From assembly GCA_037447605.1 (NCBI GenBank), contig CM074812.1, positions 2,232,001 through 2,296,000 of the forward strand: a stretch of 64,000 nucleotides of DNA, read 5' to 3'. The position numbers and the translations under genes are program-made. Source of the DNA: Zygnema circumcarinatum SAG 698-1b. Its lineage: Eukaryota; Plantae; Zygnematophyceae. The notes beneath the pieces are model-generated. The model did no database searches, was not told the DNA's origin, and saw only the letters and a list, made by a program, of their open reading frames with translations. Position 1 is the stretch's first letter, and each line of letters starts with the position of its first letter. Shown here one piece after another: positions 1 to 15,300 of this stretch.

Positions 1-348
1 TCACCTGTTCATTTTAGAAGTGATTTTTGCTTATCACTTTTATGCTTATCCTTGCGTAGGTCGAGCTATCACATTAGTCCATTTCACGAACTTGGAATCG
101 CGATCCAACTGACTGAGACATACGGGTCCTTGTCACGCATTTGCCACCATTTGCACATAAGTGCATGGATGATGATTCAGATCATGCTTTCCTCCATTGT
201 GTAATCGACTACTTTAGCCGCAACAAGCACCATGTTGCCATCGCCGTGGTCTTTGTCGCAAGTTTGCAATCTCTTTTAGTTGTTAACATTGCCTTAAGGA
301 ATTGATTGAGTATCACTTATGATTGCTGCGTATTGCTTCTACTTTCAG

Positions 349-3300
349 GGCTCTCTCTATCCAAAATGTCACTCATCCAAACGGGACGGTGCTGTTTTCG
401 AGCACATTTAATTACAACCAGACTGGTGTCTATGCAAATTTACTGAACGGAACAATTTCTCCAAACATCACCTTGCTCACAAGTCTGCAGATCTTGTAAG
501 GGTGCCACTCCTTCGCAATTTCCCCCTTTCCTCTCCCAGCTGCCTTCTCCCCTCCATCTTCCTCTCCCTCTCCTTCGCCCGTGTCAAGATACTAGTATCA
601 ATAGAAGAAGGGGAGAGGAGGGAGGGGGTAACGGTGAACGAAAGGGACAAGGGAGAATACAAAGAGGTTGAGAATTAAAAAAGAAATAAACAAAAACCTA
701 AACCTAGACCAGCCTTAGGGTGGCCAAATGACCACGCCATACACATCCCACACCATGCCATGCCATGCTGAAATCCACTATACGCCAACATACAAACATT
801 GTGAAGGAAAAAAAAGGGAAATATACATATCTGAATTGTGAATCATTAGCTGATTGTATATGTACTGTAAGGATCGTGCCTGGTTAGAGGCAGTCATTTT
901 ATTTTTTCTACTATCAAAGCCCTGGAAATTTTGTATAATCTGTTCTGAAGGGATACGGACGAAAACGTAAACGTGAACCTTCATTGCGTGTCATTTTCGC
1001 TTCTATTGCAGATATTTCTATCAAAATTTTCTTTCAGGCACAATTCCAACGAATATTGGCAAATTATCTAACTTAAGAATTCTGTACGTGTACAGCTTCC
1101 CCTTCAGTTTTTTCCCTTTTTGCAGGAAAGATTGCCCTAAATCGCTCTGTAGGAGTTATAATTGCAAGCATTTCTCTTTCCTTCCAGTCATTGACAAGCC
1201 CCTTCGCATATCATATACCTCTCAGAAAATCTGCCTACAAAAGCTTACCCGTTGTGGTCAAACATAAATTCTGTAGAATGTGCTGTTAGGAATGTTGGTC
1301 TAGAAGTGAATCAAATATTGGGTTCATGTCGTAAATTCATGACATCATTCCAACCAGCATTATTTCTGGGCTTCAGAATGCTTGTAATGCAGGCCCTGAC
1401 AGATTACAAGTTTGTTCTTTTTCACTTTTTGCCGTTTCTTTATGCTGGACCAACTCTTCAGTGATCTGGGGAGTAACATACTGGAAGGCGGAATTCCGGA
1501 GAGCATTGGAAACTTGACTCTCCTAGAGAGTTTGTGAGTTTTGACCACACATGACGCTTCAGCCCCTTACATTTCTCGTTTCTTTTACTTTTTTTCTTTC
1601 TCATTTCTTTTTTCTTGAAGAATGTAAACTTCAAAAATTCCAAATCCTAAAAACCTGCACATTCTAGGGTCTGCAGAAAGTAGGAGCTCTGCTCTTCTGG
1701 CTCTCCAATGTTGCTTGAAATTATAGAAATGCTGCAGCAATATTGGCTTAGCATCGTGTGGCAAAGTGGTTCGGAATTTCGTGTGCAGGAATTTGGGTGG
1801 AATCTTTTTGGATACTTCCCAAGGAGATATCTTGGTCGCTTTGGGTGGCACAATACCATCAACAGTCGGCAATCTTGTCAACCTGCAGTCACTGTAAGCA
1901 CATTCTCCACATACTGCTGTGCATATAAGGGAGGAGATTTTGGAGCGGATTTTCAGGGTCTACAGCAGATTATGCAGCTTTTCGGCGAAGGTGTTCGAAT
2001 ATTCAAGCAGATCATTTTTGTTTTCTCGGTACAGTGGAATTGGAGATCCTTCGTTCTGTTTACGCGCGCTCTAATTGATTGCAGAGATCTTTCTTCTAGC
2101 AATTTTTCAGGCTTTGTACCGCCCTCGCTCAAGAAATTGACCAATTTACGCTCCTTGTAAGCACCACGCCGGTTTTGTGAGAACTAAACAGGCACTTTCA
2201 CATAATTAACAGAAGGAATCCTTTTGTCTGATTGATTGCCCCCCTTATTGCCTCGAGAGCAACCCTATGCACTCAAAGGCAGTCGTTTCAATACTGCGCT
2301 GAAAGGGCTGCAAAAAGGACAGACTGAGAAAAGTGAAAATAGTCTACCCAGCAAAATTTTGAAAACGCTTGATTGAAATTTACTACTTCGATGGAAGCAA
2401 GCAGTCTTAGCGCTTTTACACGTAGGTTAAGCAGTGACCCAGTGCAGAATTTCCAATTACGTGTCTGCAAAAAGTGCATGTTTATCTGTTGTCGCTTGAG
2501 ACTGAGCTCTTTACGACATAACAAGCGGTCTTTCTTGCAGGAATTTGTCAACGAATAAACTCACTGGATCAGTTGACTCTTTTCTTGGAGAGTTCAAAGA
2601 GCTTCAAGTGCTGTGAGATGCAAAGCTGCCGTTCGATTTCTTCTTTCTCATTCCTGCTAACCGTTGACCAAATCACATAGAGAGGATGTGCAATGCGAGT
2701 CTTTTTGTGTGTTTGGGCGTAGACAGTTATGATTATGACAAGTCATGTTCTGAATAAAAAAAAATTCATCACAGCTCGGTGCAGTCCACTTTACTGTTCA
2801 ATTACAAGTTTAGACTCCAGTTCACAGTTGAACTGGGCTGCTGTGAGAAGGTCGTGTGAGTCCGCGACGTGTTTGAGGCAGTCAAGTCCTGATAGGGCGT
2901 ATTGGTGCCTCCCTTAGGAAATTGTCTGGAAACGAGTTCAGTGACGGGAGCTTCCCTGCAGTCCTGGGGGACTATTTACAGCTGACAGAAATGTACGTAC
3001 ACATTCCAGTTGTCGCACAGAATTTCGCATCGACCTCCGCATAGGACTTCAGATGAAAATCCGTTTAAGACTCCATACAAAACTCATTTACGAATTTTGC
3101 ACTCTGAACTCTGCACTGGAATTCGCGCCGATGCTGAAGAACTATGAGGACCGGTTTTTTTGCACGTGACTCTTAGCTGCAAGACTTGATGGAGCTTTGC
3201 ATGATTTTTTCTTCAGAAATCTGCATCGAACGATCGTAGAAGGAATTTGAACGCGGGGTTTTGATGAGATTCGAATCAATCCTCGCACTTGCCTGTGGTG

Positions 3301-6300
3301 CGCGCTGATGCAGGGATGTGGGATCGTGTGGACTGGTTGGAGCCATGCCTGAATCTTTTGGCAATCTCTCCAGCCTGAACTATCTGTGAGTGGATGAAGA
3401 GAGACTAATTTTTCCTCTGGATCAAAAACCCTAAAAAACAACAAACAGTAAAGAGGAATGCGGGTAGTTCGTATGTAATTATTAAACAACCTCAATTATG
3501 CCTGCTGTTTTCCAGGAACGTTGAAGATAATAGAATAACAAAACTTCCTTCCAATCTCGCCCGCCTCGTGAAACTGGAAACACTGTAAGTTATCAAACCA
3601 GTCATACATTCACAGTAGGGATAGTTCTGCATTTGTAAACCCACTCTTGCATGACTTCGTTTTTTGGAGCAGCTTTGCGTATTCACGCCCTCTTGATCTT
3701 TACATCAGATTATAACTGCACCTAAGAATATGTTAAAACCGCACCGAAACAATTGTTTTTTTAGCGTGCCTTTCATTTCACTCAGAGAATTTTTATTGAC
3801 GAGAGCCCGCATGGTGATTTAGAGACAGAAAGCGTGAGGTTTGTTTATAATTTTTCTTCATCCTTTTCCCTTGCAGGATTTTGACAAACAATGCCCTTTC
3901 AATCATTGATCCTCTCAGTGTGCTGCCTAGCCTCACAATTCTGTAAGTGGGCTAGAAGAGTAATCCCCTATACTCTATCTAAATCAAAGATGGCTGTGTT
4001 TGACTTGTATTTAGGAGGTTCCAGCATATTTACCCTTGTCGAGTTGCACATATTGGCTATGTCATGAGGAAGCTAGTTTCTTTTTTGGCTCAAGATTGTA
4101 ATTCTATGTGCGAAATCAGCTGAAGCCTATGAACTCTGTCTCAGGGTTTGAAGCTGGGAATGATAATCGCTCGTTTCTGCTGTCGCAGAAGAATTGCGTC
4201 TAACTCTTTAAGCGGCGTTTTTCCTGACTTTTCCAATTTTTTGAACCTCAAGGAGCTGTAAGCCTTTCCAACTCCATTTCACTACGTGATGCGAGCGTTT
4301 ACTCAAGCACTTTCCTTGGATATTGGTGATTTATCTGTATCGTTTGGTCATGGCTCTTTTTGTAACCGGGAAAAGTCTGAGAGCGAACATCTCATAGTTG
4401 TCTGCATTAGCTCGTTAAAGGGAAAAGATTGACAAGTAACAGATTTTTATGGTGATACCAGCAGCCCTTCGTCACAATACTGTCTGGATGAGGTTATGAC
4501 AATTGTAGTACGATATGGTGATAGTGTGTAGAATTTTCTCTATTCGAACGAATGTTTCATAGCTATGGTGACATGTACGCGACATCCACCTTGAAATATG
4601 AACGATTTTTCTTTCTTAATTTTCTTTTTATTGCGTGGATTGGCTTAAATACTGAGATCCTCGCCAGCCTTTGCCTTCTACGTCTGACGTCAGATCAGAT
4701 TGTGTTGCTCCGCATTCTTTAAGTCCAATAAATCTTAAGGGCTCAGTGTGAGCACTCAGCACTAACTCTGCAGATGTGCCAATTGTTTTGCAGAGATATC
4801 AGTGGCAATTCCCTATCTTCAAATGGCATTCCTTCCTATTTTGCTAAATTTAAAGACTTGGAGGATCTGTGAGTGTTTCAACTTGGCCCTCTCAGCCTTA
4901 GTGCTTGAAATTCCAGTTTGAGTTCCTATCAATAAACATTATAAGTATGGGTTGTTCACTCTCAATGTGTAGGCTTTGCTTCCTTAAAAGGCTCAGCACC
5001 TACAAATAACTCTCAAGTCGTTTACGTAGATGTAGACTTGTCGCGATTGCATCAAAGCGGTTATACGTCGCATGTCTGATCATGCACTTTCGCACTTTCA
5101 TGATGTACCTAACGTGTCGTGATCAGTTTCTGAATCCGAATAACCTAATGGTCGCCAGCATGGACTCCGTAATATTGACACTTCTGTTAGGACTTCCAAA
5201 ATTTAGTATGCAGTTTACATGTTAGCATATTCTGTGTCATGAAGTTTTGCAACCTGTCAAACTTAATTCAGCTCGTTGTAACAAGTGTCCGCATTCTGGA
5301 CAAGCTCTGAACAACTGTTAAACTTGCAGAAGCCTGAACGAGAATAACTTCACTGGCAAATTCCCTGAATTTCTCACGAGCCTCAAGTTGAGGACTTTGT
5401 AAGTCGGCCTTGCATCCTCCCACAAACCAGTTAGACAGTGGAAATCTATCCGTGCCTGGTGGCATCACATTTAAGATCTTATATCTAGAATAGAGCAGAT
5501 AAAGTGGATAGATGGCTCTTTGGAGCAAGTTTAAGTTCGCTATTCTATGTTTGAGCTTCAGTGTACAGTAATAGGTCATAGTGGATGTGATTGATTAGTT
5601 GAGTGACTGAAGGTCATGTTGACTGCACGTTGAACGTAGTCGAGCGTGGAGATGACAGAAGGGAGGAAAGCGCCCCCTGATCAAGAGAAGCAGTTGTAAG
5701 CTCGCTGAATAGTTGGGAACAGTGCATGTTATTAGGTTCAGAACAAAGCGATGAATTTCTCGACTCCTGTCACAAGATACGGACAATTCTCCCCTTGCTT
5801 TCTCACCATACTTCTCAATCGACGTTTGCAACAGGTCTTGCAGCAAATGCGGTTTGGTGGGGACGCTTCCTGCAACGATTGGGTCCATGACGAGCTTAGT
5901 GCTGTTGTATGATACTAAAAAATAATCCAATCTGCAACCGTTGTCTTGTGCATGCATGAATACTATTTGAAAAATCACGCCGTTTCCAAACCAGCCAGTT
6001 AGTTACCAAATTCTTCTAAGGTTAAGGTGATTTAAGGAATTCACTGAACGAAAGTTGCAGGAAGTGCTGGTTGCACAGTCTTGCCTACTTGTACTGTTTA
6101 CCAACAGCTTGTTTGTTGAAAGTCGCAACTAGGATAGATCTATGTGCGTAATATATTCATGTTTTTATATTTTTTTCTTGAATAAGCGATTCTTAATTTG
6201 AAGCACATCATTCTAAAGTTGAGTACTCACACTTCAGGGATTTGAGTTTCAACAATTTGACTGGGCCGATTCCTGACTCGATTGGCTCGCTCAGTCTTCA

Positions 6301-9300
6301 ATTTCTGTAAGCTCTCTAACTCGACACAGTTACCTGCGATCAAGATCGAATACTGCACCATTTGGCAGAATACTGGTAGGATCATTGGAAAAAAGAGAGT
6401 AGTGTACGTAGGTAGCTTGTTTGACGTGAATTCAAACATAGTCTTGCTATTTTAAGAAACTGTCAGTTTGATTCAGTGACTTCTGTTTCAGATTTTCTAC
6501 AATTAATCTTATGGCTTTTCTTGTTGGCGTGGAGGTTTTAGATATTTTACTTCCAACAAGCTCAACGGATCCATACCTGCCAGCCTTTGGAACAAGCAAA
6601 CCCTAACGGAACTGTGAGTGGCTGCATGCCCAGCATTATTTCTACCAACCTTATTTATGTTGCAGAAACTGCAAATTTGCATTCACAGAAATGCAGCTAA
6701 ATGATGTCTTGAATGCTGCCATTATTGTCTGAGAATGATGTGATCTACTATTTTGCTGCCAGGACCTGCGGCGAAGTTCGTTAAAAATAGGAGTAAATTG
6801 CGACATGAGAAAACGAATGTCACAGAAGTATTAATACGCATATATTTTTTGTTTTCCAATGGATGAGCTCCGAAATTATAGTGATGAGGATGGATGTAAG
6901 CAGTTTTGGTGGATTTCAGCCCGTTTCTGTGTTCCTGGATTGCCTGAGGTACACATAGACTTTAGAAAGATTTTAAGTTGAAAACATGATTAACTGTGGC
7001 AGTCTCTCGAAATGTGCACCCTTCATTCGTAATACTCTACGATTCTCATCGTTTTGGTTCTGTATCCGATTCTCGTTTGGAGAGCTTACCCGCACGACCT
7101 AACATTGTATACCTGTTCCTTGGTTATGCAGGTATCTGGGGAATAATCAGCTTAGTGGTGTTCTTCCACCTGTGTGGCTATCTTCCTTGCGCTTTTTGTG
7201 AGTCCGAGGGATTGGGGAATCATTCTTCATCTGTGCCCAATTGTCAATACTAAAGTTTGCCTGCCTGCCTGCCTGCCTCTGCTTGAAGTTTGCCTGGCTT
7301 ATTGTACACTTAAGGGGCGTAGACACTCAAGGCTTAAATTGCGTGAGTATTTTTTACTATCACTATATTTCCATCACTTTTTCTACTCATGGGAGTTTGG
7401 CCAATAAACCGTAAAATAATAAAACAAGCTTTTACTGAATGTCACTGGTGCTGCCTGCGATCATATTGGATGTTAGCCTAAGTGGGAAGGTACAACAAGG
7501 TGCATGGGCTATCATTCTGGTCTCCAAATGCCTTCTCCTTTACCATATGTTCAATTTTATGGCTGTGACTGGAAGTACATTCTTTGACTTCATTAAAATC
7601 TGGAGTTTTTTCCTCCTCAAAAGTTTCTATTTTGATTGTGCAATGGCGTGTGGACGTTCAATTTCCTTCTCTCTTTACGTTTATGATGAAGTCGCATCAA
7701 CGTACCTCATAGCTAGAGAGACAAGGACCAATAACAACTGTCTCGTCGACTGATTCTACTCGTAAAATCTCATCCATTTCTATGACGTCTGAGGCTCATA
7801 ACATGTTGGAAACAGACAACGTTGAACAAAAGAAGATGCGAATGACTGAAATAAACATTTTTTGATGCGATTGAGGGGCGGCTTTCAGAGACCTTTCATT
7901 CAACAGCTTTACAGGAACCATACCCAGCAGTATCTGGAACTCGACAATTTACGGGGCAGGGTTAAGTATCCTGTGAGTAGCTGCCATCCTAACCAAGTCC
8001 TAACGATACTAACGTCAAATATGCTTCCTCATGATAGTATTTCGACGCTTTCATCATGATCAGCACCTTCTGAGGATGATATGAAGGTGGAGGTTGCATT
8101 CTGAAGTATGGTGGTGCCCGTACAGAAACCTGGAGAACAATCAGTTCAATGGCAGCCTCTTGATCAATGCTCCATCGACGACTTTGACAACAGTGTAAGT
8201 TCTGCATCTGTTTATCTTTAATAAATTCTTTTTAGCTTGCCTATAATTTTATTCCTGTTTAATATATGTTTCGCTATTCTTCTATCGCAGGAATTTGTCG
8301 TCAAATGCACTTAGCGGAAGTATTCCTACTTCGTTATTGGACTCAACCAAACTTAAAGTGTTGTAAGTGTGTCGATTTCTAACCCGGCAGTGATGATGAA
8401 TTCATCCCCTCTCCCTCTCTCCCACTCGCTCCTCACTCTTATTCTCTTTCTCTTTTGGACTCTACTGAAAATCAAAAGCATCTCCTGTCGGTTCAGAAGA
8501 ACTCCTTTTCAAGGCCGCACAATTTTCACCACTCCTATTCTTCGCTTTAGAAATCTAAACTGATTATTTCGTTCTCTGCGTAGTTATACTCCAACTTACT
8601 ATTTGGGGGCCTCGTTTTGTATAGCCATTCTAGTGGAGGAACTGCGACCCAGAGCACTTTCAACTGATTAATATATTGCTCAGCCGTGTTATGAAATCCG
8701 ATGACTCTTGACGATTTCGTTCTCTCGGCTTTTGTTGTAGGGATCTGAGCAAAAATTATTTCACGAAACTCGAACCTTTCTACAGCTTGGCATTGGAATC
8801 CTTGTGAGTGTCTAGACGAATCAGTTTCTAGACGAACCTTGGCCAGACACACCTCAAATTGGAAAGGATTTGCAAGATAGTCAAAGACCTACAATGCATA
8901 CCAGTTATGGCACATTTGCGAATGTCAACTCTCAAGTCATGAGCGTTCATGCCTTTTGACAGCCCCTTTGGTTGCTACTTGCAGGAATCTTAGCAGCAAT
9001 GCGCTAACTATAACATCATTTTCGGCTTTCAGATCGCCACGATTGGAAGAAGTGTGAGTCAAGTGAATGCCCGTCACAACTTAACTCACAACAAGCAAAT
9101 CAGCTAAAGAACAAGGAGAGTGCTAATTTGAACTTCGTTTGCGAAATCTTCCTTTGCACTTTTTGTTGCGAACTTATTTTCGGTTATTTACGGGATGGGA
9201 TGTTCTTTTGCTCGACAATAATGAAAGCAACACCTTACAGAGCAAGAATTTGTGAACACCTAAACCTTATCTAAGTATTCCATCCGAGAAGATGTGATAA

Positions 9301-12300
9301 AGTAGACACATATACTAGACATTGTGATACTCGTCGCAAATGCTATAAGTGAAGGACGAGGGTGGTCATTGCATGGCTATTTCGACTACTCCTAAATCGT
9401 CAGAGGATCACTTGTTTTTTTCATATAGTAATAGTCAATGCTCAATGAAACTCAACGCATTTCAAATGTGGAGTCATGCTTGCATCCCATTGCAACTTGC
9501 CTGGTTGCAGAAACCTCAATAATAATGCTCTCATCAGTCTGCCTGACGTTTCTGAAGTTTCGTCGAACCTTCTAGTGCTGTGAGTCACGCGCGATCTTTC
9601 CAAACGCTGGTCCTGACACAAAGACAGGCACCTGCTTGCAAAAATTGTTGTCATAACCTTGTCTGGATCAAGTGCCAAGAATTGGAATTTCTATCTGTTA
9701 TAATAAGCTTAATGAGAAAGTGTGCACTTTTGAGAGTTGCTGATAATCGCGTGTTTTTCATGTAGCAGGAAGCTGCGCAATAATCGGCTAAAGACTTTAC
9801 GTGAGAGCCTTCAGAAATTGAGTCGTCTTCAGATCTTGTAAGCCCCTAGGCACGTAGTTAGTTTGTGAGCATGAGTGAATTTTTCTCCTCACTCTTAAGA
9901 GGTGACACTATGAGCAATTGAAGTGAAAACTAGGGCTGATATCCAATGTGATTGTCTTGCAGAGATCTCGCAGAGAACCGATTTAGCAACGTGCCACTTG
10001 TAATCAAGCGGCTGTCTTGGCTTCAGGAACTGTGAGCGCAGGCACCCATGCTGAATTCCTTCAGTTGCGAACAATTCGAAAATGATTAGAGTTGTCCTTT
10101 CTTCACTAGACCTCTGTTGCGGCTACAGTAATTTTTCTACTTCACTGCTGCCTGCCTGTATATTTATCTATTCGTCTATGTCCATACATCTGGATGTAGT
10201 TTTTCTTATATGTTTACAGCTGCTGTAGAGCTTACGGATGCCTTCTCTTTGAATTACGAAGTGAAATCCAAGGAAGCGCCTAATGCTAATGCTAATCCCA
10301 ACGTTGCTGCCAAACATTGTGCAGTTGTCCTGCAGTGTCTGGATAATGCATGTGGAAGGCACAGGAACAATTTACTACCCTGCGCGACTGCATACTGATT
10401 TTAGCAGTCTTCTATTTTCAAGAGTTTCTCAGACCTCCAAGGTTTTCACTTTTTGTTTTAACACAGAAGGACAGCGCCTTAGTTGGATTTACAATGACTG
10501 ACAATATTTCCGAAGTCGTTGATGGTATAAGCTGATAAGAACGGCCGGCTTGGACCTCGTATTGTTCGCTGCAGGTATTTGGAAAACAATAACATCACCG
10601 GCGCCATTCCAGCCTTCTTGGGAAACATGTCTTTCCTTCAAGTTCTGTGAGAACCCAAGCCGCTCTCGCTGTTCGCTTGGAAGTGTCTCATCCACTTTTG
10701 AAGATAACGCGACTGAAGGGTGAAACAAACAAACTGCGTGGGAGCAGCTCTAGATCCTGTCCTCACCCCTATCTTGAGTTTTGCATGTGATGTGACACGT
10801 TTAAAGGTGGTGCTTTTGTTACAATGTATACCATTATAGGTTTGAGTGTATTTGTCCTACATACAACTCAGTGTGCTATATCTTGTTACTAATGAAGTTG
10901 TTCATGTATTCAAATTCCAGTGACCTGTCCAACAATCCGTTCACTTCAAGCATCCCGGAAACATTTGGAGCTGGGGGGGTCACATATGATGTCTCATTGG
11001 CGCTTTACAAGTTCATAAGTTTTATCGCTCTTAAACACATGTGGGTTAATTTGCCGATATCACTGGCTCATTTGTGATATGACATCTCACAAGTATTCAG
11101 GCGGTTGAAATCGCTCATGCAATCTTGCCACCTTTTCGATTTTCCGAATTTAAGTCTGCAAAAACAATTACTGTAATGCCAAAAGCATCCTGACCAAGAA
11201 ATAAGTGAAAAAACAATGTAAGCTGTAAAATCTATACAGGAAAGTGTGTGACCGGCGAGTGGGTTGGCAGAAAGTGTAATAATTCCGTTCACGTGTAATA
11301 ATTGAAATCAAAATGCAACATAAGGGAGTGAAAGACATTCACATCTTTGCTGCATTTGCATGGAGCGTTGAATTCCGCAATGTTTTGAGGTTCTGTTGTT
11401 AGGACTTCGAAAAGATTGGTTCATCGAAACGCGAGGATTTGCCTGCTTTTCTCGTACACTAAACTGCTTAGGCTCAGACTCTACAAGCAAGATTTTTCGA
11501 GGTCTTTGTCATGATCTGCCTTCTGTTCTTGCAGAACGTTCTTTTGTCTGTCGCATGCTGTTCAGGCAAAGTTTTGAAATGGTCTACTGGGCTGCTCCGC
11601 CTGCAGGAACCTGAGAAACTGCAACCTCAGTGGTGAAATCCCCTCCACTCTCAGCACACTGCAACGCCTCGGATCCCTGTTAGCTCCTTTCCCTCCCTCT
11701 CACTCTGCACGTGAAGCCTCTGAACTACACGGACGCAATTTTGGATGTATTTTTCCATACATGAACTTGCTAGGCAAAGAAGGATTTAAGTGGTGGTGCT
11801 GAAACAGTATAAAGCAGTCTAGAACTTTTGTATATGAAAGGTCCATGATTGTGTCCTTGTATATTCCTTGTTTCAGAGACTTGTCCAATAATTTCTTAAA
11901 TGGATCGATTCCCGATTTTGAAGACACCTGCCTTACTTCATTGTAAGTCTGAAGGAACCTGTTTCTTCAACGACCATTTCCATTCGGACCTGCCTTTGTC
12001 TATTTGACTCCTAGCAGCATGATAGTTAACAATTCTCGAATCGTACACTTGTTAACAACTTCATTGACTCAGAATCAGATCATTTCTTCAATCACTTTGT
12101 CCCCTCAGGATCCAAGATATTCAATTATTGAACACTGTTATTTTTACTATTCATGTGGCTGCGAACTTAACTGATGTATAGATAAGATAAGGTGTATAGA
12201 CTCGGTAACTTGAAATATCTTTGCAATATCGCGGACATGAATTGCACAATCTTTTCACAACGTCACTCATTCAGTACCTGCCCTACACATCTCTTCATTA

Positions 12301-15300
12301 TCAGCACTAGCTGTAGCATGCGAATCCGCGTTTAAGCGGATTTAGCCCGCATAAGCATAGTAGCTACTCTTTAACATAGTAGCTACTCTAACTTTAGCAA
12401 TTCATGCTTTGAAAGTAAGTAAAAATAGATTGTACAACCCTTAGACTACCATCCTGGTTTCAAATAGTTTTTTTGTTTTGTAATTGAGAGAAAAGACATA
12501 TTTTTATTCAACACGCAGTTCAGACTGTTTTCTCTGAAATTCTGCCCTTAACCTAGCCTGTTTAATTTAAGCGCACTAATATGCACTACAATGGCAGGGA
12601 CCTGTCCAACAATCTTCTGACTGGACCCGTGCCATCGTCACTGGGCAACCTCTCTCTTGTTCAGTTGTAAGCTCGGACTTCTACCTTCTCAACAGGATGC
12701 ATACAGAACTACTCAAGAAGCAGGGCTAAGGATCAAAATGAGAGTGCACAGATAAGCTTGGAAAAGAGAGTGCATTTGTTGACTTGTCTGATCTGATCTT
12801 ATCAATTCTCTCAATGCTGCTGCGTTTGCAGCAACTTAAGTTACAACAGTCTCTCTGGCTACCTTCCTTCTGAGATATTCTCCAACTCTAACCTAACAAA
12901 ATGTGAAAGGTACACCCCTCTTTTCTGAACCCGCACTATTTTCATACGCGAAATTTTATCTGTAAACGTGAAGATTCGTTTTGTTAGTGTCTGCAATTTG
13001 ACAGCAACTGCTTCCGGCTGAGGGTTGCAGCTACCAGGGGAATCCCGGACTTCTCACAGGTTGCAACAATGGTGACGCCAACAGACCTGACAAGTTGGAA
13101 CTTCTCTTCTTAGGCAGCCAGCTATTTAACTCTTCAGAACAGTGAACAGCCCGAGAATGTGATCTGAGGGTCCGCTAGATAATTTATCCGGCAGGATTGG
13201 ATCTAGTATGCAAGATGTAATACTAAGAAAGAGGACATTTGACTTGAGAGTATTAGACCCACCAAAGAGTGAAAGTATGAGAATGATTGTTGGCTCGAGC
13301 ATTGGCTTCTCTATTCTTCCTTTCCAGCGGACGACCGTCAGTACGTTAGAAGAGATAGTATATCTAATTTTCTACCAATCTGATATCTAGGTTTCCGTTG
13401 GCATAATCCAGAAAATTCCCGCTCATTCCTCATTCATCATTACTCATGTACATCTTCTTAGCAGATGTTGATACCTTTCTTCCATGCAGGCCATGTCGTG
13501 AATTTTGCTTCGCCTCCACCACCTTCCCCACCACCAATTTCCTCGCGTACTTCCAAAGGTTCGCGGAATTCCTAGTACCATTGCACCCAGTCTTGCGTTG
13601 AGTCGTTCGTGAAGTAGATATGTAGTTGTGTACGAAGTGACCAGCCTTAACAACTATGAGTTCTCTGGACACTCCTGATTTTGTTGGCAGCTTGGGATTT
13701 GACATCTGGGACAGGAGTTCCCACTTACGTGATCATCCTTGTGACAATTCTGGGCGTCATCATTATTGCTTTCGTTATCATTTTCGCTTACGTATATACC
13801 CGTCCAAGTATGGCTCTTGCTTCCTTGCAATCATTTCTGCATCCCTTCTTCAAAGCTCTTTGCAGGTGACCTTGGCAGCACTAGCTGTCGCACAAAGGCA
13901 CGTAAAATAGCAATCTAGCTATCTCAGTATCCTCTTGGAGTTTTTGTGGCGGATTTGGGCGATGGGCAATGTTTATACAGAAAAATCAAAACTTGCAGTG
14001 AAGGTTGAAGGGCATTTTGTGAAGGCGATTCGCCTTCAGACCATCCGTGATGCAACCAGGGACTTCAATGACGAGAACCTGCTCGGAAGTGGCGGCTATG
14101 GGAATGTCTATAGAGGAGTCACAAAGAATGGAAAAGTCTGGGCGGTTAAAAGGGCCAAAACTGTGTCCATTCAAGGATTGGAATTTTTTCAGAATGAGGT
14201 ATATTCCGAACTCCACCTATTGTCTACACTATAAATAGATTATTTTTTTGAGAATCGCATGCTTTCGTGTGAAGTTATTGGGGAACCTGGAAGTTCATGC
14301 TGGATGGTGTGCAAGTTCCTGTATTCCTCATGCATGCGTCGTCCCACGATGCTTCGACAAAGCCATCGCTCTGCCCAATCTGCAACCGCAGGTGGACATC
14401 ATCTCCCGCATGAACCACAGGAACCTCGTCAAGCTGCTCGGCTTCTGTGACGAGGACAATGAGCAGCTGCTTATCTACGAGTTTGTAGAGAATGGCACGC
14501 TTAAGGCGGCGCTCAACCCCAAAGGTACTCGTCATCCTCGAAGAGTTTCTCAGGATGGGTTGCCTCGCATTGGCGTATTGAATTGGGTCTCGCGTTCAAA
14601 AGATTGGTTGATTTAATTTTCATTTGTTGACAACAGGTTTTTACGTTGGTTCCAGTATCTGACTCTGCTCTAATGTTTCGGGGAGAGATGATCATCAAAT
14701 TTCCCCAGCCACCTTCACCATCTGCGTAGTGCTCCTTTAGTTTATTGAAAGTAAACATGACAAGTAAAAGAATATAGGTTGCAACATCATACTGCGTTGC
14801 CATCTTGTGAACAGGTGAAACCCCCCCCCTAACCTTTGAGCAACGCCTGGACATCGCTGCGGGTGCTGCTGAGGGCCTCCAATATCTTCACACACAAGCC
14901 AAACCGGCCATCATTCATCGGGATGTCAAGTCTGAGAACATCCTCCTGGATGGCAAAATGCAGGTACATCACTCAGGAGAGTTGTACACTGCTCGTTTCA
15001 GTCGTCGGAGTTTTGATGGTCCCACCAAGATTAGAGTTTTTGCCAAGACGCACTATTTCTCCGGAGTGATTGCTCCGAGCTTTCTAAGTTTTCCTAAGAT
15101 GACGTCTCGTCTGCTTTCATTGTAAATAAACCTGCAAATTGCCGATTTCCGAAAGTAGTTTATCAATCCCTCTACAGGCAAAGGTGTCCGACTTTGGCCT
15201 CTTGAAAGGCAATGAGGATGATGGAGCAGAGTCTTCAACGACACGCGTTGCTGGAACGCATGGCTACATGGACCCCGAATACTATACCACCTACAGAGTG

